Below are positions 50,301-60,001 of a stretch of 64,000 nt of DNA, in pieces. Source of the stretch: an uncultured delta proteobacterium (GTDB taxonomy: Bacteria; Myxococcota; Myxococcia; Myxococcales; Anaeromyxobacteraceae). The position numbers and the translations under genes are program-made. Within the stretch, counting starts at the first letter, position 1; the number at the start of each line of letters is the position of its first letter. The stretch covers positions 128,001 to 192,000 of the forward strand of contig CAWJSR010000045.1 in NCBI GenBank assembly GCA_963845515.1, given 5' to 3'. Under the pieces are notes generated by a model. The model worked only from the letters and a program-made list of their open reading frames with translations, was not told the DNA's origin and made no database searches.

Positions 50301-51353
50301 CGTCCGGAGGAGCGCGACGTCAGCCTCGTGGCCGAGGGCGCGCATGAGCGCGACGAAGAGCAGCGACACGTCCTTGCAGTCGCCGTAACGCCGGGTGAGC
50401 ACCTCGCGCGGCTTCACCGGGACGATCGCCGCCATGCCGAGCTCGAGGCCGGTGTAGCGGACCCGCTCGCGGATGTGGCGGAGGACGCGGACGGCCTGCG
50501 CGTCGCGACCGGATGCGCCCGCCGTGAGCTCGCGCGCCAGCGCCCCGAGGTCGGCCCCCGCGAGCTGCGGCTCGAGGAGCGCCGCATAGCCCTCGGCGAC
50601 CGCCTCCCAGGAGGCGCCGCTCGAGAAGGCGAGGTGCGGCTCGGGGGAGAGCACGGCCGGCTGGCCGTCCTCCGTCGACGGCGAGGCGGGGAGGTTCTTC
50701 CAGTCCCAGCGGAGGACCCGTCGCCCGCCAGCGGTGCGCTCCTCGTGCGCGGGGGCCAGGCCGCGGACCACGAACTTCAGGGGGAGGCTCGCGGGCGCGT
50801 CGAGGCGGACCCGGAGCCGGCGCAGCGCGGGGTCGCTGAGATCCACGAGCCAGGACGACCCGGAGCGGTGGTACGGCTCGCGATCCCGCTCGACGATGAG
50901 GATCTCGACCACCGAGCCGTTCTGGACCCCGGGGAGCGGCCCGCGCACGACGCGCCGGTCAGTGACCATCCCCTCCGGCGGCTCGACGGCGGCCTCGGAG
51001 AGCGTCGCGGGATCCAGCGGGTACTCCTGGCCCGAGGGCGAGATGACGCGCGCCCGGATCACCGGTCGGTCCTGGTACCGCGGCTCCCAGGACGCTGAGA
51101 CCACGCCGCCCGACCGCACCGCCTCCGCCGAGAGCGGGCGGAAGACCATGTGGCGTTGCGCGGTGAGCCGCCCGGCCTCGTCGACCACCAGGTCGATGTC
51201 CCGGAGCAGCGGCTCCCAGTGGGCGTCCTCCGCGGCCCTCAGCGAGGCCGACGCGCGCGCGACCTCCGCGGCAGGCGCGACGAAGGGTCCAAGCTCCCAA
51301 GGCAGCCCGGGCGAGCCCGCGGCGATGAAGGCGGAAAGGATGAGCGTCAGCAC
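47343..51353 (-). CDS. DUF3857 / transglutaminase-like / TPR secreted protein
   Basis: RYTGLE.G..P, GDCKD, FDHAI, DP triad; C-terminal TPRs. Confidence 0.85.
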   Translation of the reverse strand: MLTLILSAFIAAGSPGLPWELGPFVAPAAEVARASASLRAAEDAHWEPLLRDIDLVVDEAGRLTAQRHMVFRPLSAEAVRSGGVVSASWEPRYQDRPVIRARVISPSGQEYPLDPATLSEAAVEPPEGMVTDRRVVRGPLPGVQNGSVVEILIVERDREPYHRSGSSWLVDLSDPALRRLRVRLDAPASLPLKFVVRGLAPAHEERTAGGRRVLRWDWKNLPASPSTEDGQPAVLSPEPHLAFSSGASWEAVAEGYAALLEPQLAGADLGALARELTAGASGRDAQAVRVLRHIRERVRYTGLELGMAAIVPVKPREVLTRRYGDCKDVSLLFVALMRALGHEADVALLRTGPTELDPNLPGLGFFDHAIVSLGGARPIFLDPLAPELPLGVLPPGVDGKLALVARRGTKALVTLPVTSPAAYKAHVERQVRLQASGLTQVTEVRTYDGALAAELRDFARDRTADQVARSRVADVKERLEADEATVSAETREDGQLVVRGEAKGSKLGRTLDDDAEARLDPRVLACLPSELVPEAPSSAEGGASRKPARERALAIQRPCSGELDYRVVPPPGFEPVEPLPVETKVAVGPFRFAAAYARERGDALSARFSLSLPRGPLAAKDVNEIRAALSRFGIGGPSFKFRRTSTRLLEAGRGREALSELRRLAAAAPRDHEPQLRLALGYRRLGLGDAARAAARRAVALAPESGWAHRVLAIVLEEDLVSRRRKRGCDVGGAVKAARRAAILEPKVPGTLAMLGGFLLDGEDCGFLGRGARPEEAAELFLKARKDFDYREYDSQLLWALVAAGRYADAARTALELPQGAVRDGPLLAALAMDGRLEQAVGEAGRLPPKDRATALHVAVRSLSYRREYGRAAQLIDRAGDGADDVAGLRALGRLLHDASRLEETAPAGSPQRGVVRWIQALNGVGAIRDTVAAGRSAPERAAGPLGDRLLRWGPEGFAAIAAPDLTAATLELREDETARDLARVSITFGSLPAKLYLLRAGATWRLLAAQQESGELALEALRRLERRDVEGARVLLRWANEDRGPREPQADYVYSLVDTSSADPAKATVADLRLLAALLGAAADAPAPAAALLEEALSGPLPDATRRSVQAALAEACMTLERWPRLLELSDALRDAAPNGTAAYRIRALGGLRRGEDVRRAVRAVAEGSSPVPMLRAVGHAALFVGEIDEGIALVSRVTQGEPRSLDLNNLAWARLFQEPTPPTAVQEAQRASELDHHRDRVALHSLAAVLARTGEPGAAMQALRDSIGLYGDTIEPHDWLVVGFVAEAYGEKQEAIAAYRRVGEAKRWSPFSSAALAQRALARLTAGADGAGGR

Positions 51354-51458
51354 GGGTCCCCCGATGACCGATGGTGTCGGCACCGGGAGTGTTCCACAGG
51401 TGCGCGCGACGGGCGGACACCTTTCTCACCCGGGCAGGTGGGTCGAGGTGGGTGGCCG

Positions 51459-53249
51459 CTACGGCGGCGCCACGGGGGGCTGGCTCGAGACCAGCTTTCC
51501 CCCGGCGCTCACGACGGCGGTCCAGGGCTGCTCGACACCCCGCGACACCCGGACGATCCCCTTCAGCAGCACCGATCCGTCGGGGCGGAGCTCGAGCCCG
51601 TCGTTGGCGTACGGCGAGTTGGGGGCACCGTCGCCGGCGAAGTTGAGGTCCCAGAGGATCTTCCCCTTGGCGTCGAGCCGCACGAGCCGCGCGCTGGGGT
51701 TGGCCGCCGGGTTGGTGTACGAGAGGAAGTAGGCGACGCAGCCGTCGTCCGTCGTCGGGGCGAGCACGCCGCCGGCCTGCTCCTTGAAGCGCTTGTTGGG
51801 CAGGACCCGCTCCCAGAGCCGCTTCCCGGAGGGGCCGACCTTCGCGATGACGGCCGAATTCTCGCCACGGACGCCCGCGACGAACGCCTCGCCCTTCTCG
51901 GAGAGGGCGGCGGACCTGAACTGGCCCATGGGATGCTCCGAGAGCTCGATCCCGGAGCCCTTGGCGTACGCCTGGCCGTTGGCCAGGGTCTCGCCCCGCG
52001 CAAGCCTGGCGGCCGCCTCGCTGCCGGTGGAGGGAGGCGTGATCCGCTCCGGCGGTCTGAGCACCCAGAGCCCCGAGGCGCCCCCGGGGCGATCCTGCCG
52101 GCAGCTCCCCGCGAACAGGTGGCGGCCGTCCATCGTGCCGTGGAAGCCGGGGCTCCCCTTCGAGCAGCCGGGGAAGAGCTCGTCGATGGGGATGGAGGTG
52201 ATCAACCTCAGATCTTCCGTGCTCCGCACGTCCACCACCTTCCGCGGCGAGAGCTCGTAGTTGTTGACCACCAGGAAGTAGTCACCGACGGGCGCGACGT
52301 GGAGCTCGTGGATGGTCTTCGTGGCCTGCACGGAGTGGGTCTGCTTCCGGCCGACGACGTCGATGCGGAGCACGGTGCCGGTCTCGTGGGATCCGATCAG
52401 CAGGAAGCGCGAGTCGGGCGTGAAGGCGACGCCGTAGGCGCTCAGGGGGATGGGGTAGGTGTCGACGCGGCGGCTGGCGACGTCCACGACGTAGACCTGT
52501 GCCTGCGGCCGGGCCGGCGCCTTGCGCGCCCCGGCGCGGTCGTCGTACTCGACCAGCGCCAGCCGGCTCCCGTCCGGGCTGAAGCGGGCCGAGTCGATGT
52601 TGAGCCGCCGGGCGCGGCGGGGCGGCTCCAGCGTCAGCTGCCAGTCGATCTCGACGGACGCGAGGTTCACCCGCGCGAGCTCGTAGCGAACAGGGCCGTC
52701 GGACATCTCGGCCCCCTCCGCCCGCACGGCGTACGCGAAGTACCAGTGCGCGTCGGTGGGGTCGTAACCGATCGGATGGAGGTAGCCGCCGGGCACGACG
52801 TCCGCGAGCTTCAGGAGCTTCGAGAACCGGCGGGACCGCTGGTCGTACTGGACGAGCCAGACCGCGACCCGCTTCCACCCGTTCATCTGGTCGACCTGCA
52901 TCGTCGTGACGTTGCCGTCGTGGTGGAGGAGCTCCGCCCCCTGCAGACGGTCGATCCCGAGGGTCGCGAGCTGCTCGCGCGGGAAGTCCTGGAAGGGCAC
53001 CTCGAAGTCGACGATCGCGAGCGTCGAGAGATCGAGCAGGCGGTAGCGGACGGGCCTGCGCGCGCCAGCGGGCGCGTCCTCGCGGACGGTGCCGAGGAGC
53101 CGGTACCGGCTGGCGCTCAGCATCTTCCACTTGGCCGAGAAGGACGGGCCGTCGCCCATCATCTCCGGCGTGATCTCCTTCGCGAGCCAGAGGGGCTCCG
53201 CGGTCAGCGAGGCGGCCGAGAGGAGCGCTGCGGCGATGAGGTGGCTCAT
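51459..53249 (-). CDS. Secreted beta-propeller protein (YncE-like)
   Basis: Signal peptide; FSPDG..L, AFTPD, LD..G...W repeats. Confidence 0.7.
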   Translation of the reverse strand: MSHLIAAALLSAASLTAEPLWLAKEITPEMMGDGPSFSAKWKMLSASRYRLLGTVREDAPAGARRPVRYRLLDLSTLAIVDFEVPFQDFPREQLATLGIDRLQGAELLHHDGNVTTMQVDQMNGWKRVAVWLVQYDQRSRRFSKLLKLADVVPGGYLHPIGYDPTDAHWYFAYAVRAEGAEMSDGPVRYELARVNLASVEIDWQLTLEPPRRARRLNIDSARFSPDGSRLALVEYDDRAGARKAPARPQAQVYVVDVASRRVDTYPIPLSAYGVAFTPDSRFLLIGSHETGTVLRIDVVGRKQTHSVQATKTIHELHVAPVGDYFLVVNNYELSPRKVVDVRSTEDLRLITSIPIDELFPGCSKGSPGFHGTMDGRHLFAGSCRQDRPGGASGLWVLRPPERITPPSTGSEAAARLARGETLANGQAYAKGSGIELSEHPMGQFRSAALSEKGEAFVAGVRGENSAVIAKVGPSGKRLWERVLPNKRFKEQAGGVLAPTTDDGCVAYFLSYTNPAANPSARLVRLDAKGKILWDLNFAGDGAPNSPYANDGLELRPDGSVLLKGIVRVSRGVEQPWTAVVSAGGKLVSSQPPVAPP

Positions 53250-53379
53250 GGTTGCTCGCCCGGCTTCGAACCGCGAGGGAAGTGCGACTCCTGCAATTGG
53301 AGGCCGCGCCCGTGGGAATCCGGGCGCGGCCCCTGCCTACACGTTCGCGACGTGGCGGGTCCCACTCGGGACCCGGCCG

Positions 53380-54555
53380 TCACTGGTTCAGGATCGGGTT
53401 GTAGCTCTCGTCGTAGCAGCCCACCACCTTGTCCGTTCCGGGAATGAGGCTGTGCCCGCCGGCCAGCCGCGAGTTGCCCACGAAGACGCGGTCGTCCGTT
53501 CCATTCTCCACCTTCGTGATCGCCAGGATTCCGCCCGAGATGCTGGAGTTGTTGATGGCGTACGGACCGGAGCCTCCCTGGGACGAGTTGTGATCCCTGG
53601 TGATGAGCCCGTACGCCGGGCCGCTCAGGACTGAGCCGTCGACCGTATAGTGCGAGCCGGTCAACGCAGCGGCGTCGACCGGGGGCGCAGCGAGGGTGAC
53701 CTCCACCCGTGACCCACGGATCGTCGCCGACGTGTTCCAGTAGGTGAGGACGCCGAAGTTTCCGTTGTCGACGCTTGCGGTGGAGCGGACGGTGATCTCG
53801 CTGTTCACGATGAGCGCGCTGCCACCCTCCACCATGACGCCATATCCGGAATTCGCCACGTTGACCGAGATGACGCTGTCCCGAATCGTCGGGCTGGACG
53901 TAATGATCGCCTCGGCATCAAAGGCGCCGCTGATCTCGATGACGCTCCTGGACAGCAGTAGCGAGCCGAAGCTGTAGAACGCGATGTCCATTCCGGACGA
54001 CACGAGCTTAGAGTCCTCGATCTCGACCGGACCATCGCCGAACTGGACGATGCCGCGGCCCGAGGTGCTCGGCATCTGCAGCACGACCTTGCGGAGCGCG
54101 ACGACGCCGCTGTGGGTTCCGAGCCGGATGCCATACATCGCGCGCTGCTGGATCGTGAGGTTCCGAACCGAGAACCCGGCCACCGCCGCGGTCCCGTTGA
54201 TCGCGGGGTTCGTGCCGTCGTCCTGAAGGATCGTCCCCTCGCCAATCCCCTCGATGTCGACGAAGTCCTTGGCGGTGATCGACTCGGTGTAGGTGCCGGG
54301 CATCACTTGCACGACGAAGCGGTTCGTGGCGCTCGCCCCGGTGATCGAGTTGATCGCGCCCTGGATCGTGGCGAAGGTCCGGGCGTCATCGACCGGCGCC
54401 TTCTGCACGATCCGGACGTTGTCCGGAATGTTCCACGGGTACTTGGTCAAGGGAGCGGCGACCGTCATCGCCGGCACGAGCGCGGCAAGAACTGCGGCAC
54501 TGCGTGCGGCGCGCGTCACGAAGGCGCTGGTTTTGATCATGTCGATGTAGTGCAT
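53380..54555 (-). CDS. Secreted pectin-lyase-like (beta-helix) protein
   Basis: RBS AAGGAGG; F.TIQ.AI.SIT.AS...V.V.PGTY.E; Ser/Asn-rich repeats; paralog of 1421-2450. Confidence 0.75.
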   Translation of the reverse strand: MHYIDMIKTSAFVTRAARSAAVLAALVPAMTVAAPLTKYPWNIPDNVRIVQKAPVDDARTFATIQGAINSITGASATNRFVVQVMPGTYTESITAKDFVDIEGIGEGTILQDDGTNPAINGTAAVAGFSVRNLTIQQRAMYGIRLGTHSGVVALRKVVLQMPSTSGRGIVQFGDGPVEIEDSKLVSSGMDIAFYSFGSLLLSRSVIEISGAFDAEAIITSSPTIRDSVISVNVANSGYGVMVEGGSALIVNSEITVRSTASVDNGNFGVLTYWNTSATIRGSRVEVTLAAPPVDAAALTGSHYTVDGSVLSGPAYGLITRDHNSSQGGSGPYAINNSSISGGILAITKVENGTDDRVFVGNSRLAGGHSLIPGTDKVVGCYDESYNPILNQ

Positions 54556-54853
54556 TGTCCCCTCCTTAAGGGAGGTGCGACTCGACCACACCCGTATGGA
54601 CCCCTCAATGCGACAATACGCCGCAGCCGATATTGGCTCGGGATAACAGGCTCTTAGGCTGCAGTGGCGGCGGGTTGGCGGACCCAGCGTGTGTGTCGTA
54701 CCGTGAGCAAAGCACACACGCGCCCCCGCGGGCTGACGTTCCGTTATCTGCGGAATGGCCCGGAAGGTTACTCGAGGGAGAGCTTGCCTGGACGGAGGTA
54801 GGTCTTCCGCTCCTGCATGTCGTTCCGTCCTTCCATTCCAGGATCGACGCAGC

Positions 54854-55528
54854 TCACGCGTGGGTCCGCTCCAGGGGTAGGCCGAGCGCCGCCCAGTCGA
54901 GCACCCCCTCCTCCAGGCGTACGGCCTTGAACCCCTTGGCCCGGAGCTGCTTCACGGCCTCGATGGCCAGCACGCAGTACGGGCCCCGGCAGTAGGCGAC
55001 GACCTCGCGCCGCTTCGGGAGACTGGCGAGCTGCCTGGCCAGCTCGGGGAGAGGGACCGAGAGGGCCCCGGGGATGTGGCCGGAGGCGAACTCCTCGGGC
55101 GGCCGCACGTCGAGCAGCGTCACCTCGCCCTTGCGGACCCGGGCGCGGAGCGCCTTCTCGTCGATGGGCTCGGTCTGCGCGTTCTCGGCGAGGAAGGCCC
55201 GCGTGATCTTCTCGACCTCCGCGAGGCGCGCCTCCGCGACCTTCCGCACGGCGAGCAGGAGATCGCCGACGGACGGATGGGCGAGGCGGTAGGTGACGAA
55301 GAGCCCCTCCTTGGTCGACTCCACCAGCCCGGCGCCGCGGAGCACCTGGAGGTGCGCCGAGGTGTTCGCGACGGACATGTCGGTGAGGCGCGCTAGCGCC
55401 TCGACCGTGCGGGGCCCCTGCGCCAGGAGCTCGACCAGCTCGACGCGGTGTCCGCTGCCGAGCGCCTTGGAGACGCGGGCGAACTGCTCGTAGATCGCGG
55501 TCTTGAAGCGGCGGCCGGGGGTGGTCAC
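54854..55528 (-). CDS. ArsR-family regulator fused to a rhodanese domain
   Basis: A...KAL....R.EL..LL.QG, S.HL..L; LDVRP..EF..GHIPGA, AYCRGPYC. Confidence 0.92.
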   Translation of the reverse strand: MTTPGRRFKTAIYEQFARVSKALGSGHRVELVELLAQGPRTVEALARLTDMSVANTSAHLQVLRGAGLVESTKEGLFVTYRLAHPSVGDLLLAVRKVAEARLAEVEKITRAFLAENAQTEPIDEKALRARVRKGEVTLLDVRPPEEFASGHIPGALSVPLPELARQLASLPKRREVVAYCRGPYCVLAIEAVKQLRAKGFKAVRLEEGVLDWAALGLPLERTHA

Positions 55529-55645
55529 GGGATGCTCCGGTGTTCGTGGAAGTCCTTGAATATGGACGCCCGCCGGGTGCGTCAAGCCCCGACCGAGGCG
55601 CGAGCCAGCACGCCGACCTCGACGACGGCTTGACGGACTACGCTA

Positions 55646-55661
55646 CTACTCAATAGAGTAG
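55646..55661. promoter_or_regulatory. Palindrome CTACTC-AATA-GAGTAG upstream of the osmC-like gene
   Basis: Follows a TTGACG box at 55630 in a divergent intergenic region. Confidence 0.5.
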
Positions 55662-55685
55662 GCGATTAGTCTCCGAGGAGGTCGC

Positions 55686-56210
55686 ATGAAGAGAAACAAC
55701 GTGAATCTCGCGGCGGTGGGCGCCCTGGCGGAGCGCGCGAAGGCGGACCCGGGCGCGGCGAAGCTGCTGAAGCGCGTCGAGGGGGGCTGGAGCCTCCGTG
55801 ACGGCTCCCCGCAGTTCACCGCGACTGTCGCCCACGGTGAGGGTGCGTCCGTGCTGGCTGCCGACATGGCGGCCACGTTCGGCGGCGCCGGGCTCGCCCC
55901 GGATCCGCTCCAGTACATGCTCTTCGGCCTCGCGGCCTGCTACACGGCGACGCTCGTCATGATCGCGTCCATGGAGGGCGTCGACCTCGGCGAGGTGAGG
56001 TCCGTCGCGGAGAGCGCCGTCGACGTCTCTCCGGTGTTCGGCCTCGGAGAGCGACCGCTCGTCGAGCGGGTCTCGGTGCGCGTCACCGTGAGCGCGGCCG
56101 TCGATGACGCCACGCTCGCGCGCTGGACGGAGGGCGCGAGGGCCAAGTGCCCCTTCGCCTTCACCGTCGCCAACGCGATCCCGCTGGAGACCCGCGTCGA
56201 GCGGGCGTGA
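55686..56210 (+). CDS. OsmC/Ohr family protein
   Basis: GG.G..P.P....L..LAAC and CP motif. Confidence 0.85.
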   Translation: MKRNNVNLAAVGALAERAKADPGAAKLLKRVEGGWSLRDGSPQFTATVAHGEGASVLAADMAATFGGAGLAPDPLQYMLFGLAACYTATLVMIASMEGVDLGEVRSVAESAVDVSPVFGLGERPLVERVSVRVTVSAAVDDATLARWTEGARAKCPFAFTVANAIPLETRVERA

Positions 56211-56278
56211 CCGGCGCCAGCCTCGACCAGACCCGCACCGCCCCGTCGACGGGGCACCACTCTCTAAGGACCCCTCCG

Positions 56279-56635
56279 ATGAGCGTCCTCATCGTCTTCA
56301 ACCACGAGCCCTACGACGGCACCGACGTCACCTGGAACGGCCTGCGCCTCGCGGGCAAGCTTCGCGAGAGCGGCCAGGAGGTGCGGATCTTCCTCATGAA
56401 CGACGCGGTCGACATGGCGCGCGACGCCCTGAAGAAGCCGGACGCGTACGATCAGGATCTCGTCCAGATGCTCAAGGATCTGATCGCGCAGGGAGCGACC
56501 GTCAAGGTCTGCGGCACCTGCATGGCGCGGTGCGGGATTCACAAGAACCAGCCGTACTTCCCGGGCGCCGAGAAGTCGACGATGGCCCAGCTCGCGAGCT
56601 GGGTGGTCGAGAGCGACCGCGTCATCTCGTTCTGA
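56279..56635 (+). CDS. DsrE/YchN family sulfur-relay protein
   Basis: PY.G.....N.LRLA, IFLM.DAV, VCGTC..R.G. Confidence 0.88.
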   Translation: MSVLIVFNHEPYDGTDVTWNGLRLAGKLRESGQEVRIFLMNDAVDMARDALKKPDAYDQDLVQMLKDLIAQGATVKVCGTCMARCGIHKNQPYFPGAEKSTMAQLASWVVESDRVISF

Positions 56636-56734
56636 CGTCAGTAGGCGAGGAGGAGGTCGCGCAGCGGGACCACGAGCAGCCGGTCGTCACCGAGGTCCGA
56701 CGAGTCCCGCGTGACGAGGAGTCGCCGTCGGCAG

Positions 56735-57184
56735 TCAGCGGCGAAACACGGCGGCGAGGCGGCGGCGAAGCTCATCGCGGACTTCACGGAACGCCTGGAG
56801 CCGTGAGGGCTCGTCCCCGGTCACCGCCCCTGGATCGGGCAGCCCCCAGTGGACGCGGAGCGCCTTCCCCAGGAAGACCGGGCAGACCTCCTCGGCGCAG
56901 AGGGTGATGACGGCATCCACGTCGTCGGGCGGGATGTCGGCCACGCTCTTCGAGTAGTGGCCGCTGATGTCGATGCCGATCTCGGCGAGGGCGCGGACCG
57001 CGAGCGGGTTGAGCCGGGACGGAGCGGAGCCCGCCGAGGAGACCTTCACGCTCGCGGGCGCGAGTGACCGCGCGATCCCCTCGGCCAGCTGGCTGCGCGC
57101 CGAGTTGGCGACACAGAGGAAGAGGAGGTGGCGCGGCCGTGCGGCCCGGATCGTCTCCGCGTCCCGCTCCCAGCCCTGGCTCAC
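56735..57184 (-). CDS. arsC: Arsenate reductase, thioredoxin/LMW-PTP type
   Basis: [26 protein letters not shown]. Confidence 0.9.
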   Translation of the reverse strand: MSQGWERDAETIRAARPRHLLFLCVANSARSQLAEGIARSLAPASVKVSSAGSAPSRLNPLAVRALAEIGIDISGHYSKSVADIPPDDVDAVITLCAEEVCPVFLGKALRVHWGLPDPGAVTGDEPSRLQAFREVRDELRRRLAAVFRR

Positions 57185-58308
57185 GGCGCTCTCCGAGCGG
57201 CCGGTCCGTCGACCGCGACCGTGCAGTTGGCCACGCGCGCGAGCTCGCCCGTCTCCCCTGGGAACCAACGGTCGCGAAGCCGGAGCGCGACGTTCACGAG
57301 CCCGATGAGGACCGGCACCTCGACGAGCGGGCCGATGACGGCGGCGAAGGCGGCGCCGTGGTGCATTCCGAAGGTGGCGACGGCGACGGCGATGGCCAGC
57401 TCGAAGTTGTTGGAGGAGGCGGTGAAGGAGAGGGTCGCCGTCTGGCCGTATGTCGCCCCCAGCCTGCGGCTCATGAAGAAGGAGACGAAGAACATGACGA
57501 CGAAGTAGATGAGCAGCGGGATGGCGATCCGGACCACGTCGAGCGGGAGCTGCACGATCGTCTCGCCCTTGAGCGAGAACATGACGACGATGGTGAAGAG
57601 GAGCGCGACGAGCGTGATGGGCGAGATCCGCGGGATGAACACCTCCCGGTACCAGCCCTCGCCCTCGAGCGCCCGCAGCCCGAAGCGGCTCGCGATCCCG
57701 GCGATGAAGGGGATGCCGAGGTAGATGAAGACGCTCTTCGCGATCTCGCCGATCGTGATGTGGACCTCGGCCCCCTGGAGCCCCAGCCACCCCGGCAGCA
57801 CCGTGATGAAGACCCAGGCGTAGACCGAGAAGAAGAGGACCTGGAAGATCGAGTTGAAGGCGACGAGCCCGGCGCAGTACTCGGTGTCGCCGCCGGCGAG
57901 GTCGTTCCAGACGATGACCATCGCGATGCAGCGGGCGAGGCCGATCATGATCAGCCCGACCATGTACTCGGGCTTGTCGCGCAGGAAGACGACCGCCAGC
58001 GCGAACATCAGGATCGGCCCGACGATCCAGTTCTGGACGAGCGAGAGCGTGAGGACGCGCACGTTCTTCAGGACGCGCGGCAGCTCCTCGTACCGGACCT
58101 TGGCGAGGGGCGGGTACATCATGAGGATGAGGCCGGCCGCGATCGGGAGCGACGTCGTCCCGACGGACATCCGGTCGAGCAGCGGAACGACGCCCGGCGC
58201 GAGGAAGCCGAGCGCGACGCCGGCCCCCATGGCGACGAAGATCCAGAGCGTCAGGTACCGGTCGAGGAAGGAGAGGCGGCGGGCGACGCCGGCGACGGGC
58301 TGGTTCAC
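57181..58308 (-). CDS. acr3: Acr3 arsenite efflux transporter
   Basis: [43 protein letters not shown]. Confidence 0.95.
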   Translation of the reverse strand: MNQPVAGVARRLSFLDRYLTLWIFVAMGAGVALGFLAPGVVPLLDRMSVGTTSLPIAAGLILMMYPPLAKVRYEELPRVLKNVRVLTLSLVQNWIVGPILMFALAVVFLRDKPEYMVGLIMIGLARCIAMVIVWNDLAGGDTEYCAGLVAFNSIFQVLFFSVYAWVFITVLPGWLGLQGAEVHITIGEIAKSVFIYLGIPFIAGIASRFGLRALEGEGWYREVFIPRISPITLVALLFTIVVMFSLKGETIVQLPLDVVRIAIPLLIYFVVMFFVSFFMSRRLGATYGQTATLSFTASSNNFELAIAVAVATFGMHHGAAFAAVIGPLVEVPVLIGLVNVALRLRDRWFPGETGELARVANCTVAVDGPAARRAP

Positions 58309-58324
58309 TCGTGGCTCCCTGAGG

Positions 58325-58675
58325 CTAGAGGCTTCCGATGAGCGCCCGTAGGCGCCGAAGGGCGCGGGGCTCCAGGCAGTAGCAGACGCGCGGGCCGTCG
58401 ATCTCGCCGCGGATGAGCCCGGCCTCCTTGAGCACCTTGAGGTGCTGCGAGACGGTGGACTGCGCCAGGGGCAGCTCGTCGACGATGTCGCCGCAGATGC
58501 AGGCGGTGCGCCGGCCGAGGAGCCGAAGGATCTGGACACGCGCAGGGTGGCCCACGGCCCTGGTGAGGAGCGCCAGCTCCTCGTCTGCGGCTGGTCCCTC
58601 CACCGGGCGGACGTCCGGCCCCTCGTCAGGTGGAGGTGGCGGCTCGCATACGACCTTCTTGAGGGGAGTGACCAT
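58325..58675 (-). CDS. arsR: ArsR transcriptional repressor
   Basis: [30 protein letters not shown]. Confidence 0.93.
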   Translation of the reverse strand: MVTPLKKVVCEPPPPPDEGPDVRPVEGPAADEELALLTRAVGHPARVQILRLLGRRTACICGDIVDELPLAQSTVSQHLKVLKEAGLIRGEIDGPRVCYCLEPRALRRLRALIGSL

Positions 58676-58677
58676 GG

Positions 58678-58770
58678 CTATCGGTGGTCTACGATAGGCC
58701 GGGTTCTGACGCAAGGGCGGGCTTGACCGAAGCGCCTGTTGGCGCCGCGCATCATCGGTGCTAAACGATG
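58678..58770. promoter_or_regulatory. Two ATCG-N8-CGAT palindromes (58678-58697 and 58753-58770), probable ArsR operators
   Basis: CTATCG-gtggtcta-CGATAG and CATCG-gtgctaaa-CGATG, one next to each divergent gene. Confidence 0.6.
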
Positions 58771-58821
58771 AGCCTCCACGTCGCCCGCGCCGCGCTCACG
58801 GCGCTCCTGGGAGCCAGACAG

Positions 58822-59283
58822 ATGAGAACGAGCCGGACCATCCTGCCCTGGGCCGCAGCAGCGGCCCTGGTCGCCTTCGCGTCGGGCTGCGGCAACGGGC
58901 GGGCGAGTCCGGGCAGCGGCGCGCCCGCCGACTGCACCTCAGCGGCTGCAGGCCAGGCCTCCTGCGCGCCCACTGCCGCCGCCCAGTCGGTGCCGAGCAG
59001 TGCCCGGACGCCGCGCCTCGTCGACGTCGGCGCGGGGAAGTGCATCCCGTGCAAGGCGATGGCGCCGATCCTCGACCAGCTGCGAAGCGACTTCGCCGGG
59101 CGCATGCAGGTCGAATTCGTCGACGTCTGGGTGAACCCCGCCGCGGGCGAGCCCTACGCCATCCGCGTGATGCCGACGCAGATCTTCTACGGCGCGGACG
59201 GGATCGAGCTCAGTCGCCACGAGGGGTTCATGTCCCGTGAGGAGATCCTCGGGCGATGGAAGTCCCACGGGTTCGCGTTCTGA
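58822..59283 (+). CDS. Thioredoxin-family lipoprotein
   Basis: Lipobox-like ASGC; CIPC active site; MPTQ cis-Pro. Confidence 0.85.
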   Translation: MRTSRTILPWAAAAALVAFASGCGNGRASPGSGAPADCTSAAAGQASCAPTAAAQSVPSSARTPRLVDVGAGKCIPCKAMAPILDQLRSDFAGRMQVEFVDVWVNPAAGEPYAIRVMPTQIFYGADGIELSRHEGFMSREEILGRWKSHGFAF

Positions 59284-59293
59284 GGGTGCGTCG

Positions 59294-60001
59294 GTGGTAG
59301 AGCTCCTAACCGCGTTCGGCCGCGCGTTCGAGGCCTCCGCGGGGCTGGCCCTCCCCGCGGCCTTCGTGTGGGGGCTGCTCTCGGTCGCGCTGAGCCCGTG
59401 CCACCTCTCCAGCATCCCGCTCGTCGTCGCCTACATGAGCGGAGGAGAGGAGCTGCCCACCAGCCGGCGCGCCGTGCTCCTCTCGAGCAGCTTCGCGCTG
59501 GGGATCCTCGCCTCCATCGCGGTCATCGGCGCAGCGACCGCCGCTGCCGGACGGATGGTGGGAGACGTGGGGAGGGCAGGGACCTGGGTGCTCGCCGGGG
59601 TCTTCCTTGCCGTGGGGCTCAACCTGATCGGCGTGCTTCCGCTGCCGGCGTGGTCGACTCCATCCGGCGCACCGGCGCGGCGGGGACCATGGGGCGCGCT
59701 CCTGCTCGGCCTCCTCTTCGGCGCCGCGCTCGGCCCCTGCACCTTCGCCTTCATGGCGCCGCTGCTGGGGTTGGCGTTCCGCGCCGGCGCGGAGCGGGCC
59801 CTCTACGGCGTGCTGCTCGTCGCGCTCTACGGGCTCGGCCACTCGCTCGCCATCGTGGCTGCGGGGGCCTCCGCCCAGAACGTGCAGCGCTGGCTCGCGT
59901 GGAAGGGCGGCGCCCGGGCGGTCTCCGTCCTCCGCGTGCTCGCCGGCCTCGCGGTCATCGCCGGCGGCCTCTACTTCGTAAGCACGGTCGCGCGCTGGTG
60001 A
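59294..60001 (+). CDS. ccdA: CcdA/DsbD-type transmembrane disulfide reductase
   Basis: GLLS..LSPC....P and GPC motifs, six TM. Confidence 0.85.
   Translation: MVELLTAFGRAFEASAGLALPAAFVWGLLSVALSPCHLSSIPLVVAYMSGGEELPTSRRAVLLSSSFALGILASIAVIGAATAAAGRMVGDVGRAGTWVLAGVFLAVGLNLIGVLPLPAWSTPSGAPARRGPWGALLLGLLFGAALGPCTFAFMAPLLGLAFRAGAERALYGVLLVALYGLGHSLAIVAAGASAQNVQRWLAWKGGARAVSVLRVLAGLAVIAGGLYFVSTVARW

Noticed and set aside
47517..51098. 1193-aa + strand ORF and many similar long Arg/Pro/Gly-rich ORFs
   Set aside because: Antisense or alternate-frame shadows of clear genes, expected at this GC content
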